A stretch of DNA of 61,775 nt, filler included. It is 5 parts of 5 records of this genome, joined end to end, with 100 filler letters (N's around TTAATTAATTAA, not from the genome) between each part and the next. Parts side by side here need not be neighbours in the genome. Positions count along the whole stretch, not along the records: positions 16,189 to 32,137 come from SRR31156797_1924; 4 more parts are not named here. The stretch is one strand, 5' to 3'. Position numbers and translations under genes: made by a program. Position 1 is the stretch's first letter, and every line of letters starts with the position of its first letter. This document shows positions 17,364 through 27,744 of this stretch, piece after piece. The notes under the pieces are model-generated. The model was not told the origin of the DNA. It saw only the letters and a list, made by a program, of their open reading frames with translations, and did not search any database.

Positions 17364-20360
17364 TCATTGAATAACGGGACCCCCCTTGGAATGGGTAATC
17401 CGTTTAATTCTTTTGAGCATGTCTTTAAATCCTACCCGATTGTCTTTGCTTTGATTTATCACATCCACCCCTGAAAAAAAACCTCTTTTCACCAGGTATT
17501 CCCTGCCCTCTTCCCGTATGGTGCCGCGGATCCTGAACAGATCATTTTCAAGGGTGGCATGGACGCCGATTTTTTCATAGGGAAATTCTTTGAAAAGGGA
17601 GATGAACATCCCGGCCACACCTACAAAAGGGCTTTGTCCGCCCCCCAGGCGAGCGATATTGTCCACGGCCTTTATACTGATTTTTTGGGGGGTATCATCG
17701 GTTTTGACCGTCTCCAGCAGCAGATCAAACCGCTGCAGCTGACCATTGCTGATCTCCAGTTTTTTTGCATACCCATTTAAAACACCCTCTATTTTCCCGA
17801 AAGAGGTGTTTTGGGTCATTTCAGCCAGGTTCAGGTGATGCCACCGGGCATTCAAGCCGTAAACGGGAAGGGCCGTAAAGAGCCCCCTGGCACCCACATG
17901 GGAGAGGGTTAAGGCCCCATCAAAAATGTTTGCCTCTATTTCCCCTTTACCCTGAAACCGCCCCCCCGCAATATGGACGGGGTCCAGGTGGCCTTCGGCA
18001 GTCCCCTTTACCGGGTGAGGCCAGATGCCTTTGAGGCTCGGTTCCAGCTGGAGATTCTTGAAGTGGAGCGATGATTGGATCACGGGTGATGGTCCCCCGA
18101 TGATCCGGGAGGGGCCCACGCGAACCGTTCCGCCCGGAACCGTTAAAGTCGTGGCATCGGGCATGAACAGACCATTCCATGGGGCCCGGATGGGGATATT
18201 CAACCCCTGCTCCGGCAGGAAGGGGAGCTTCATGGAACGAACCGACAGACCCCCTTCAAGATTTTGGGTTGCCGCTTCTTCCTTTACATTGGTCAACCGG
18301 ATGGGAAGGGACAAATGGATGCCGGTAAAAGTGTAAAGGGAATCCCCATGGAGCACGGATCCGTCTTTCCATGTGAAAACCCCTTTGGCGGTCCAGCGGG
18401 ACCGCTTTCCTTTCAGAGCCATTTTCCCCCCGATAATACCGTCCAGCTCGATTTTCGAAAGGGCCGGTTTCTCCGTCTGAAAAGGCTCCCGGATCAACCG
18501 GTGAAAGGGGCTTTGTAGTGGGGTATGGGGAATGGTGAGGGACAAATGGCCTTCATATCCGTCCCCCCCTTGAAACAACGTCCCCGTCACATGGGCCGTG
18601 GCGATCTTTTTCATCTCCAGGGACAAATTATCCAGCTTCAGCCGTTTCTTGGGCACCTGGTAGGCGCCGTTGCATTGTGCGGAAAAGGGGGTCTCCTTAA
18701 GATCAAAATAAAACCGGTCCATGAGAACCTCTCCCCCATGGGCATCCATCTCCATAAGGGCGGTTATGGTTGATGGGGGCGGTGTCATGCTCCCCGAAAC
18801 ACGGGCTTGAAGGGATATGTTTTCGCCCAGACAGGTTTCCCGGGGGTTCTGAAAATCAAATTCATCAAGGGCCAGTGCGGCGGAAAAGGAGACGGCGCCT
18901 TTTTTGTCCATTACCGCCTCAACTTCCATTCTGTCCATCCCTTGAAAGGTCCAATGGGGCGGAAGCAGTTTGAGTGCTCCGGCCGTGCGGATCAATCCCG
19001 ACTGTTTAGCCTTAGCCGTGAGCTTCAGGCCATTGTCATTCATTTGGAGGGTTGCCAGAATGTTGCTTAAAAGGGGAGATTGGAGCCGGATTTCGGGGAA
19101 ATTCAGGGAGCCATTGAGCATGTTCACCCGGCCTTTTGTGGCATTGATGACCATGTGCTCAACGGAAAATGCTTTTTTTTGTGCCATGTGTGTTATTTCG
19201 GGAATCCGGCAGGAAAGGTTCCGGATGTGGAAATGGGGGTAAGTTCCCGAAAAATTGATGGTTCCTTGGGCGGATTTCAGGGAAAAGCGTTTTTCCTTGA
19301 AGTCTATTCGATCCCCTGCCAGCTTCCCCCACAGTTTCAGGTCGGACACGGGCCCTTCAAGTGCAACCTGAGCCGTCATGAGACCATTTATATGGATCTT
19401 TCGGGTGCGGTATGAAACGGGACTCTTTTTCATGTTCCCGTTACAATGAAGGGTCCATTGGCCTTGATTCACCATCCCTAAAAGTGTTCCGGAAAAGTTC
19501 ATGGGTCCGGAAATATTGAAGTTGCCGGATTTTCCCTCAACACCTTTCAGGGTGAGGCTGAAACCGGTAATATTCATCTTCTGTTTCAGGTGGTCATAAT
19601 GGATATTTCCCCTTGCCCCAATATTTTGAACCTTTGCATCAGCGCTTTTTAAAACGCCATTTGGAAAGGCAAAGGTGAAATGAATTCGAGGGTCGGCGAG
19701 GGAGAAGGCGGTGGTGGTTTCCACATGAAAATCCGGAATGGCCATACTTGTATTTTCCCTCGGCAGGTCCATGAGAATGCCGCCTCGAATATGCATTAAA
19801 TGATCATTGTCGAGATGTGCCGAGAGTCCTGATACCTGAATCCGCCCGCCGTTCCATGGGGCAACCACAAGACCCTGACCCATTTCGCCGGCATCGATTC
19901 TGAAATCCTTGAAAAGAAAAAGGGAGATAAAAAATCCTGCCATGGATTTTAAAAAGGAGGGCGCTTCATTTTCGTTATTTCCAGAGTCCTTTGAAACAGC
20001 GGTTCCCCCTTCACGAACCCGGCATTCAAAACCGTTGATCCGCAGCGTTTTTACATGAAGGGTTTTTTTGCCAAAGCGCCCCTTCAGGAAGCAGTCCGCC
20101 GCAAAATCCCGAATTTCGGCGGAAAATCCATTTCCCCCGGACTGAAAAGAGATGCCTTTGGCGTTGATGCGTATGGGGTTCAGTGAATAATCCAGGTGTT
20201 CAATGGAAAAGGGGGCGCCGGTTGCCCGCGATACCGCTTTTTCAATGAGCCCCTTTACCTCGGGGGGATGGGTGTAATAGTAAATTCCCGCACCGGCCCC
20301 GAGTATGAGGAGGGAGAGGAGAATGCCGAACAGGATGAATAAGGTCTTTCTGACTGTCAT
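17364..20360 (-). CDS. YdbH/AsmA-like intermembrane bridge protein
   Basis: N-terminal TM anchor, long beta-rich body, C-terminal FPYEKIG; directly upstream of the YdbL-like gene. Confidence 0.65.
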   Translation of the reverse strand: MTVRKTLFILFGILLSLLILGAGAGIYYYTHPPEVKGLIEKAVSRATGAPFSIEHLDYSLNPIRINAKGISFQSGGNGFSAEIRDFAADCFLKGRFGKKTLHVKTLRINGFECRVREGGTAVSKDSGNNENEAPSFLKSMAGFFISLFLFKDFRIDAGEMGQGLVVAPWNGGRIQVSGLSAHLDNDHLMHIRGGILMDLPRENTSMAIPDFHVETTTAFSLADPRIHFTFAFPNGVLKSADAKVQNIGARGNIHYDHLKQKMNITGFSLTLKGVEGKSGNFNISGPMNFSGTLLGMVNQGQWTLHCNGNMKKSPVSYRTRKIHINGLMTAQVALEGPVSDLKLWGKLAGDRIDFKEKRFSLKSAQGTINFSGTYPHFHIRNLSCRIPEITHMAQKKAFSVEHMVINATKGRVNMLNGSLNFPEIRLQSPLLSNILATLQMNDNGLKLTAKAKQSGLIRTAGALKLLPPHWTFQGMDRMEVEAVMDKKGAVSFSAALALDEFDFQNPRETCLGENISLQARVSGSMTPPPSTITALMEMDAHGGEVLMDRFYFDLKETPFSAQCNGAYQVPKKRLKLDNLSLEMKKIATAHVTGTLFQGGDGYEGHLSLTIPHTPLQSPFHRLIREPFQTEKPALSKIELDGIIGGKMALKGKRSRWTAKGVFTWKDGSVLHGDSLYTFTGIHLSLPIRLTNVKEEAATQNLEGGLSVRSMKLPFLPEQGLNIPIRAPWNGLFMPDATTLTVPGGTVRVGPSRIIGGPSPVIQSSLHFKNLQLEPSLKGIWPHPVKGTAEGHLDPVHIAGGRFQGKGEIEANIFDGALTLSHVGARGLFTALPVYGLNARWHHLNLAEMTQNTSFGKIEGVLNGYAKKLEISNGQLQRFDLLLETVKTDDTPQKISIKAVDNIARLGGGQSPFVGVAGMFISLFKEFPYEKIGVHATLENDLFRIRGTIREEGREYLVKRGFFSGVDVINQSKDNRVGFKDMLKRIKRITHSKGGPVIQ

Positions 20361-20485
20361 CTTCTTTATGTTATGGAGCGGCTTGACTTCAACAAACCAT
20401 ATGGTTTACCGTACGGCAAAAGAATCATACATGAAACAGCGGACCTTTCACAACGGCTTTAACACTTTCTGGAGTTTTCCAAGGC

Positions 20486-21304
20486 ATGTCTTCCGGAATC
20501 ATCACACTTCTGACGGATTTTGGTCTGGAAGATCCCTATGTGGGGATTATGAAAGGGGTTATTCTGGGTCTGAACCCGGCGGCCGCAATTGTGGATTTGA
20601 CCCATCAGGTTAATCGGGGAGACATCCCCCAGGGAGCCCATCTCCTTCAGCAGTCCTGTTCTTTTTTCCCTCCGGGGGCCATTCATGTGGCGGTGGTGGA
20701 TCCGGGGGTGGGGACGGGCAGAAGGCCCATCACGGTCAAGAGCGGCGGCCGGTTTTTTGTGGGTCCGGATAACGGCCTCTTCTGGCCCGTCATCAAGGCC
20801 GATCCCCAGGCACAAATTATTCATCTTACAAATGAAAGGTTTTTTCGTCCACCGGTTTCCCGCACCTTTCATGGGCGCGATATCTTTGCACCGGTGGCAG
20901 CCCACCTCTCCATGGGTGCCGATCCCTTGAAAATGGGAAGTCCCATGGGAGATCCCGTGAGTATTCCGGATGACGGGCCGATCCGGGAGGGGGATACCCT
21001 TCTGGGCCGGGTGGCCAGGATCGACCACTTCGGCAATGTGATCACCAACATTCATCGCCAAGACCTGGTCCCTTTTCTCGGAAAGGGTGAAATGGTCATC
21101 CGGGTGGAAGGGAAACGCATTGAAAGGGTCCTGAAAACCTATGCCCATGGGGCAAGAGGCGAGTTGTTCGCACTGTTCGGCAGTACCGGCCACCTGGAAA
21201 TCGCCGTGAATTCGGGCCGGGCCGATCATCATTTGAATCTTAATGGGGCGAACGGCCTTCCGTGGGTGGCGGTGGATCGCGTCCCGTTTCCCCGGAAAAC
21301 TTAA
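20486..21304 (+). CDS. DUF62 SAM hydroxide adenosyltransferase (SAM hydrolase; chlorinase/fluorinase superfamily)
   Basis: LLTDFG, VVDPGVGTGRR, GPDNG, TFHGRDIFAP, IDHFGN. Confidence 0.92.
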   Translation: MSSGIITLLTDFGLEDPYVGIMKGVILGLNPAAAIVDLTHQVNRGDIPQGAHLLQQSCSFFPPGAIHVAVVDPGVGTGRRPITVKSGGRFFVGPDNGLFWPVIKADPQAQIIHLTNERFFRPPVSRTFHGRDIFAPVAAHLSMGADPLKMGSPMGDPVSIPDDGPIREGDTLLGRVARIDHFGNVITNIHRQDLVPFLGKGEMVIRVEGKRIERVLKTYAHGARGELFALFGSTGHLEIAVNSGRADHHLNLNGANGLPWVAVDRVPFPRKT

Positions 21305-21612
21305 AGGGATCTGTGGGCCAGATCTTTTAGATATGCCTCCCATTCCAGGGGGAGCAGATATTTTTTTTTGTTATTGCATTCCTTGCAGGCTGCAACCAGG
21401 TTCCCTTTTCGACTTTTCCCGCCCCGGATCAACGGCACCACATGGTCCATGGTCAGGTTTTCACGGCCCACCATGCGCCCGCAGTAGTAGCATTCACCCT
21501 TTTGAACACGGGCGTACCACCAGTTGGTACGCCTGAGACGCCGGGCCTTTTCCTTTTCACGCTTGATCTCCCTTTCATCAACCATGTTGAAATCAAATGG
21601 CATTTGAAACAC
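21301..21612 (-). CDS. Small HNH endonuclease family protein
   Basis: CYYC, TMDHVVP, NLVAACKECN; start uncertain. Confidence 0.9.
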   Translation of the reverse strand: MFQMPFDFNMVDEREIKREKEKARRLRRTNWWYARVQKGECYYCGRMVGRENLTMDHVVPLIRGGKSRKGNLVAACKECNNKKKYLLPLEWEAYLKDLAHRSL

Positions 21613-21620
21613 CTTCGTTG

Positions 21621-22463
21621 TTATTGATATTTTTTTTCCAGGTTCCGCATGATGGTATTGAATCGCTCATCATCCCCTTGGCCCCGGTTTACGGAAGGTC
21701 CCGGCGGGGCCGGGGGCCTTTGGAGGCTCCTCTCAAAAAAGGAGGTTTGGATGGGAGCATTCGCCGTCAGATTCAAGATATGATATACTTCCGTGGGGGC
21801 ATCTTCCAGGGCATATTCGATTTCATGGGGATACCATCCCGCGTCAATTTTCCGGTAGTCCTTATACCGGACCGTCACGAGCCTCCCTTCGGGGTCTCCC
21901 GGAAGAATATAAGACAGAAGCAGTGGGAAAAATCGCTTTTTATCCACCAGAAGCCTTGGACCGTCCGGATCCCGAGCCCCCACCCGGTAGGCCACAACCC
22001 CGTCGCACCGGTCATACCCCAGGTCCCGGGTCCGGATACCCAGTTGGAATAATAAGGCGGATATTTCGCCTTTGGGACTGGCCATCAAAAGCCACCGGTA
22101 CATGGCATCCGGATTCGGTTGCCGTATGGCCCGCTCGGGCGGTTTTTCCCTTTTCAGCACGTCATTTGCCGGGACGGGCACGGTTTTCGGCCTATTTGCC
22201 ACGGCATGGGGCGCGGCCATTTCCATGGACCGTTCGTACCGTGGCGTTTTAAGCCACAGTTTTTCCCTGAAAACCCTCTCCCGAAGGGGATCCCGGGAAT
22301 GGATGACATGGGTCGCCTGTTCAATAATCAAGGTATTCAGGGTGGCAAACTGTTTTCGAACCCTCCCCAGGATCTGCTCCAAAGGCATCACATAGGCGCA
22401 GACTTCACCGGCCATCAGCCATAAAAACATACAACCCATCAATATTATTTTGAATTTTTTCAT
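21621..22463 (-). CDS. Exported LolA-like/outer-membrane lipoprotein-sorting protein
   Basis: Signal peptide; YKDYRKIDAGWYPHEIE resembles the LolA-like C-terminal strands. Confidence 0.55.
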   Translation of the reverse strand: MKKFKIILMGCMFLWLMAGEVCAYVMPLEQILGRVRKQFATLNTLIIEQATHVIHSRDPLRERVFREKLWLKTPRYERSMEMAAPHAVANRPKTVPVPANDVLKREKPPERAIRQPNPDAMYRWLLMASPKGEISALLFQLGIRTRDLGYDRCDGVVAYRVGARDPDGPRLLVDKKRFFPLLLSYILPGDPEGRLVTVRYKDYRKIDAGWYPHEIEYALEDAPTEVYHILNLTANAPIQTSFFERSLQRPPAPPGPSVNRGQGDDERFNTIMRNLEKKYQ

Positions 22464-22668
22464 CCCTGATCTCCATGGCCGACCGGTAAAAATCTATGGA
22501 CGCAGAACATTCTCCACCCAGGACTATATCACAGCCTCCGTTCCAGACCAAATTAAAAACCTCCCTGATGAAATGTACGGCTCAATATCGCAACCTTGCA
22601 TAATCCGGCCTGTTGTGAGATGCTGATACGGGGTTAAAAATTCGCTTGAATGAAATTAGGGAGAAGGT

Positions 22669-25125
22669 ATGAAACATAAGCTTTCTAATCTAATTGACGC
22701 CGAAAAAAGTCAAAAGCTTCTCCATAGCTTTTGTGATGCGGTGGGCATAGCGGCCGCCATCGTTGATTTGGACGGCCAAGTCTTTGTGGGATCCCGGTGG
22801 CAGAAAATATGTTCGGATTTCCATCGTAAAGATGCACGGACCCGAAAGAAATGCATCGAAAGCAGCACCCTCCTTGCCAATGAGCTGCAACGGGGAAAGC
22901 CGTTTTCCATTTACCGATGCGGTAACGGCCTTACCGATGCCGCATCCCCCATCGTCATTGAGGGTGAGCATGTGGCCAATGCCTTTGTGGGCCAGTTCTT
23001 TCAGGATGTACCCGATCGTGATTTTTTTCTTGGGCAGGCCGCGGCATACGGCTTCGCGGAAGGGGATTATTTGGATTCCCTTGCCCAGGTTCCCATTGTG
23101 GCGGCTGAAAAGCTCCCCGCCATTTTGAATTTCCTCGCCACATTTGCGGAGATGGTGGCGGTGATGGGGATGGATCGGTTGAAGCAAATGGAAGCGGCCC
23201 GGGCCCTTAAGGAGAGCGAAGAAAAATTTCGAATCATCGTAGAGCACAGCAGTGAACTGTTTTATATCCACGATACGGAACATACCGTGACCTATGCGAG
23301 CCCCACTTCGGAAAACCTTCTCGGGTATACGCCGGAAGAAATGATGACAAACTGGACGAAATTGGCAACGGACAATCCCCTGAATGAAAAAGGGGTTCGC
23401 GTTACTGAAAAGGCGATCTCAACAGGTGAAAATCAAGCCCCTTACCTATTGGAATTACGAAAAAAGAACGGCACATTAGTACTCCTTGAAATCCATGAAT
23501 CCCCGGTGAAAGACATCTCCGGGAAAGTTGTGGCCATTTCCGGCGCCGCCAGGGACGTAACCGAACAGAAAAGGATTCAGCAGAAGCTGTTGAAGTCGGA
23601 AAAGGGCTTTCGCGACCTCTTTAACGCCATTACGGATCTCATTTATACCCAGGACCTTGAGGGCCGTTTCATCTCCGCCAACCGTGCCATGAGCAGGGTA
23701 TTCGGTTATGAAAAGGAGGCGTTCATCGGAAAACGGGCATCGGAGTTTATGAAACCGGAAATGAAGCCCCTCTTTGAAAGTGAATACCTGGAAAAGATCA
23801 AAACCAACGGGTATGTTGAAGGGGTATCCATCTATTTAACGAAAGCCGGCAACGAGATTTATATTGAATACCGCAGTTCGTTGGTGGAACCAGAAGATGG
23901 CGCGCCTTATATCAGCGGATCGGGAAGGGATGTGACGGAGCGTGTGTTATCCCGGCGAAAGATCAAACGCCTTCAAAAACAGATCGTCCAGTCCCAGAAG
24001 ATGGAAGCCATGGGGTTGATGGCGGGCGGCGTTGCCCATGACTTGAATAACATCCTGTCGGGGATCGTCAGCTATCCCGAATTGCTCCTGATGGGTTTGC
24101 CCGAGGACAGCCCGCTCAAAAGACCCATACAGACCATTTATGAATCGGGGAAGCGGGCCGCCGATGTGGTGGCGGATCTGCTGACCATGGCCAGGGGGGT
24201 GGCCACGGCAAAAGAGGTCTTGAATCTCAACAACACGGTCAAGGAATATATGGACTCCCCCGAATACCGGAATCTTTCAAATACCTACCCCGCTGTCCGT
24301 TTCAGAACCGAGTTGGCGTGCGACCTCCTGAACATGAGCGGCTCCGATACCCATATCCGGAAAACCTTGATGAACCTGGTCATCAACGCATCGGAGGCCA
24401 TTGAAGATCGCGGTACGGTCACCGTGGCCACCTTGAACCGGTATCTGGATGAACCCTTGAAGGCGTATCGGGATGTGTGCACCGGTGAATATGTCGTGCT
24501 GATCGTATCGGATGATGGCCCGGGCATATCTCCCGGGGATCTTGAAAGGATCTTTGAACCCTTTTATACCAAGAAAGTCATGGGCAGAAGCGGTACGGGC
24601 CTCGGTTTGCCGGTAGTCTGGAACACGGTCCGGGAACATAAGGGATACATTAATGTGGAGACCGGCGGAGCGGGAACGGTTTTTGAACTTTACTTCCCGG
24701 TCACAAGGGAGGAGAGGGTTTCTAAAAAAGAGCCTGTTCCGTTGAAAGATTACCTGGGGCATGGGGAGAAGATTCTGGTGGTTGACGATGAGGAAAGGCA
24801 GAGGGAAATCGCCTGCAACATGCTGGTCAAACTTGGATACAAGCCTGATGCCGTATCCAGTGGAGAGGCGGCTGTTCAATATGTGAAAGAAAGCGACGTG
24901 GATTTACTCGTTCTGGACATGATCATGCCCAAAGGGATGAATGGCCGGGAGACCTATGAGGAGATCATAAAGATCAACCCTTTCCAGAAAGCGGTCATCG
25001 CCAGCGGGTATGCAAAAACCCTGGAGGTGGATTTTGCCCGAAAATTGGGAGCGGGTCATTACATAAAGAAGCCGTACACCCTGGAAAAAATCGGCATCGC
25101 CGTCAAAAGGGAGCTGCGCGGATAG
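22669..25125 (+). CDS. PocR-PAS-PAS hybrid histidine kinase/response regulator
   Basis: PocR cysteines (CSDFH, C, YRCGNGL), two PAS domains, GVAHDLNN H-box, HATPase and REC domains. Confidence 0.93.
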   Translation: MKHKLSNLIDAEKSQKLLHSFCDAVGIAAAIVDLDGQVFVGSRWQKICSDFHRKDARTRKKCIESSTLLANELQRGKPFSIYRCGNGLTDAASPIVIEGEHVANAFVGQFFQDVPDRDFFLGQAAAYGFAEGDYLDSLAQVPIVAAEKLPAILNFLATFAEMVAVMGMDRLKQMEAARALKESEEKFRIIVEHSSELFYIHDTEHTVTYASPTSENLLGYTPEEMMTNWTKLATDNPLNEKGVRVTEKAISTGENQAPYLLELRKKNGTLVLLEIHESPVKDISGKVVAISGAARDVTEQKRIQQKLLKSEKGFRDLFNAITDLIYTQDLEGRFISANRAMSRVFGYEKEAFIGKRASEFMKPEMKPLFESEYLEKIKTNGYVEGVSIYLTKAGNEIYIEYRSSLVEPEDGAPYISGSGRDVTERVLSRRKIKRLQKQIVQSQKMEAMGLMAGGVAHDLNNILSGIVSYPELLLMGLPEDSPLKRPIQTIYESGKRAADVVADLLTMARGVATAKEVLNLNNTVKEYMDSPEYRNLSNTYPAVRFRTELACDLLNMSGSDTHIRKTLMNLVINASEAIEDRGTVTVATLNRYLDEPLKAYRDVCTGEYVVLIVSDDGPGISPGDLERIFEPFYTKKVMGRSGTGLGLPVVWNTVREHKGYINVETGGAGTVFELYFPVTREERVSKKEPVPLKDYLGHGEKILVVDDEERQREIACNMLVKLGYKPDAVSSGEAAVQYVKESDVDLLVLDMIMPKGMNGRETYEEIIKINPFQKAVIASGYAKTLEVDFARKLGAGHYIKKPYTLEKIGIAVKRELRG

Positions 25126-25138
25126 AAAAGTTTAAATT

Positions 25139-26446
25139 ATGACGACAGAACAAAAAATTGTTAGTGAAAAAGACTTTACCGGAATTCTGGAACCTTTTGT
25201 CAGTCCCCTTCTTTCCCTGTCTCACCACGCGGGGGCATCGGCGGATGAAAAGGATTCCAAACGGCTGCACATGGGCTTTTTGGCCAATGTGATCAAGTAT
25301 GCCTCCGATGCGGAACATCTGCTGGATCGATACCGGGCCCGGTACAATCTGAACTGGGTTTACTTCAGGGAACTAACGGCCAGCGCCAAAAATTTCGGAA
25401 AAGCCTCTTTCCTCCTTGAAGAACTCAAGCGGAATTTCAACCGGGATGATGTCTTCAATGGGGGAGAAAACCATTTTATCGAAAAAGCTGAATCGGTCTC
25501 ATCTTTTTTAAACCAGGTGATCGTTACTGTTTTTCTGGAACTTGGGAAAGAAGCCCGAAGGCTGGGAATATCCATTCCGGAGGAAAACCCCCTTTCAACT
25601 TACGGATTAAAGCTGCAAGAGGAGGTGATTCTTCCCCATACCATCGAAGAGTCGGCTGATTCAGAAATCGCTTTCACCACCCAGAAAATTCTGCATCGAT
25701 GCGTGGCATTTGAAGAAGAAGCCCGTTTTCTTGAAAGGGCCATTCAATCAAAGGCCCATGGCCTGGCTTCTCAAATTCCCCGTCATATCAACGAAGGGAA
25801 ACTGAGGCGTCTGGGTACCCGCCTGCACAACCTGGTGAGTTGGTACGATTCATACGTGGTGAACCACAGCATTGAAAGGGAGTTCCCGGAACTCAAAAAG
25901 ATTCGCGAGAGTTTTTCGGTGCAACTGAACCTCTCTAAAATAGGGACGATTCTGGCCCATTATTTTGAACGGCATCTCATGCTGCCGTCGCCGGTTGTGT
26001 CCAAGCTGAAAAACCTGGTATCCGTGGCCAGACTTCTGGAAGAAGCGCTTTTTTTCACTCTTTACTACCAGGTCAAATGCGTCCATTCCGCAAGGCGGTT
26101 TGCCGATGCCGTTTTACCCAATATGTTGGAAGAAGTCACCTATGACCTTCCCATACCCCATAGCCTCGGTTTCCATGCCCGCCCTTCGACCCTCGTGGCC
26201 AAGGTGGTTCAACAGCATGGGGCAGCGGTAAAGATGCTTGTGGACGACCAGGCTTTCGATGCGGGGAGTATCCTGGAGTTGCTGAGCGCCGGTGGATATG
26301 TGGTGACCAAAAGGCTGGATCAGGTCCGGTTCCGGGGGGAGAAACGTGCCCTGGACGATCTGAAAATCCTGGCTGAACACAATTACGGAGAGACGGAAAA
26401 CGGCAAAGACGCACCCCTTCCCGAGTCCCTTTCCTATTTGAGATAA
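25139..26446 (+). CDS. HPr-family phosphocarrier with a long N-terminal extension
   Basis: C-terminal LGFHARPSTLVAK (His15 equivalent) and DAGSILELL (Ser46 equivalent) after about 330 aa of unrecognised sequence. Confidence 0.85.
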   Translation: MTTEQKIVSEKDFTGILEPFVSPLLSLSHHAGASADEKDSKRLHMGFLANVIKYASDAEHLLDRYRARYNLNWVYFRELTASAKNFGKASFLLEELKRNFNRDDVFNGGENHFIEKAESVSSFLNQVIVTVFLELGKEARRLGISIPEENPLSTYGLKLQEEVILPHTIEESADSEIAFTTQKILHRCVAFEEEARFLERAIQSKAHGLASQIPRHINEGKLRRLGTRLHNLVSWYDSYVVNHSIEREFPELKKIRESFSVQLNLSKIGTILAHYFERHLMLPSPVVSKLKNLVSVARLLEEALFFTLYYQVKCVHSARRFADAVLPNMLEEVTYDLPIPHSLGFHARPSTLVAKVVQQHGAAVKMLVDDQAFDAGSILELLSAGGYVVTKRLDQVRFRGEKRALDDLKILAEHNYGETENGKDAPLPESLSYLR

Positions 26447-26452
26447 AGGATA

Positions 26453-27430
26453 TTACGGGTGATGAGAGAAATCCCCGTAACAAGGAAGACCACACAGGGA
26501 ACGGGTGTTTTTTACTGCGGCGATGACCGCCTTTTCCATGGCCCGTGCCGCCAGAAATCCCACCACGCTCAAATCCGCCTGAACAGGTCCCGTGGACATG
26601 GCAAAAACGGTATCCCCGTCATACATGGTGTGGGCCGGTCTGATGGCGCGGGCATAACCGTTCTGGGCCATTGATGCCAGTTTTGTGGCTTCGGTTTTGC
26701 TGAACCGGGCATTGGTGGCCACCACCCCGATGGTGGTATTGCCGCTGAAAAGATTTTTTTTGTGGGAAAAGGCGTTGAGCATAATCGTTTCGGTATCTTC
26801 AACGGTTTTCATGTCTTCCCCGAGAGGACCCGCCAGCCTTTCACCGGTCTCCGGATCCATCACATGGCCCAGGCAGTTCACGGCGACCATGGCGCCCACT
26901 TTCAGGTATTCTTCCGCTAAAGCGAAACTTCCCAGTCCACTTTTCATGGCACGCCCCATGCCGTAAATTTTCCCCACGCTGGCCCCTGTACCGGCCCCCA
27001 CATTGCCCTGGATGGACTCACCGGTTTCCGCATTTATGCACGCCTCATATGCCATCTCCTTGTCAGGCCGGATGGTGTGGTCGCCCAGGGCCAGATCAAA
27101 AAGTGCGGCGCCGCACACGATGGGCACACGGGTCACCTGAACATCAAATCCGATTCCCCTCTCCTCCAGATACTGCATGATGCCCGCTGCCGCATCCAGT
27201 CCGAAAGCACTCCCCCCGGCCAGAAAAATCCCATGGGCCTCCTGTACCAGGTTTACCGGGTTGAGCAGGTCCGTCTCCCGGGTTCCCGGCGCTCCGCCCC
27301 GTACATCCACACCCACGGCGGCACCTGCTTTGCTGATGATAACGGTAACGCCGGTGGGACCCGCCGGGTTCTGGGCATGACCCACCTGCAGCCCTTCAAT
27401 TTCGGTGAACGGGATTTCTTTCATCTCCAT
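26453..27430 (-). CDS. P1 family peptidase (S58, DmpA-like)
   Basis: TGVTV, RGGAPGTRETD, GGSAFGL, GNVGAGTG, NTTIG, DGDTVF. ATG at 27430 with RBS. Confidence 0.93.
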   Translation of the reverse strand: MEMKEIPFTEIEGLQVGHAQNPAGPTGVTVIISKAGAAVGVDVRGGAPGTRETDLLNPVNLVQEAHGIFLAGGSAFGLDAAAGIMQYLEERGIGFDVQVTRVPIVCGAALFDLALGDHTIRPDKEMAYEACINAETGESIQGNVGAGTGASVGKIYGMGRAMKSGLGSFALAEEYLKVGAMVAVNCLGHVMDPETGERLAGPLGEDMKTVEDTETIMLNAFSHKKNLFSGNTTIGVVATNARFSKTEATKLASMAQNGYARAIRPAHTMYDGDTVFAMSTGPVQADLSVVGFLAARAMEKAVIAAVKNTRSLCGLPCYGDFSHHP

Positions 27431-27744
27431 ATCTCTCCCAGGCTTTTCTTTTGATTTCCATGCTTTTGCTTTCATGCACAGCCGCATATTATCAAATATA
27501 CATGCTGAAAGACCGTGGTTCAAGGGAATAGCCGGGGTTTTTCTTCAATTTCAGCCATGGGGTTCGTTGAATGATCCGGTCTTGTTCATTTTTATGATGC
27601 ATGAAATTTTCCATTTTTCGGTTTGCAAATGCCCTAAATACGGTCTAAATTGCGCTAAGGCGGCAAGCCGCAGTTTTTTGGTTTTTTTGCCAATAAACTT
27701 CTTCTTTTTTGTGACGGAAAACCGGGTGCTAAGGTATTAAAACA

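Noticed and set aside
20486-21304. Fluorinase/chlorinase (halogenase)
   Set aside because: It retains the Asp-Arg-His hydrolase motifs (VVDPGVGTGRR, TFHGRD) of widespread DUF62 SAM hydrolases, and there is no biosynthetic cluster.
21301-21612. HNH gene as a defence system or mobile element
   Set aside because: Short standalone HNH of a common chromosomal type, with no methylase, repeats or RNA-like flank visible.
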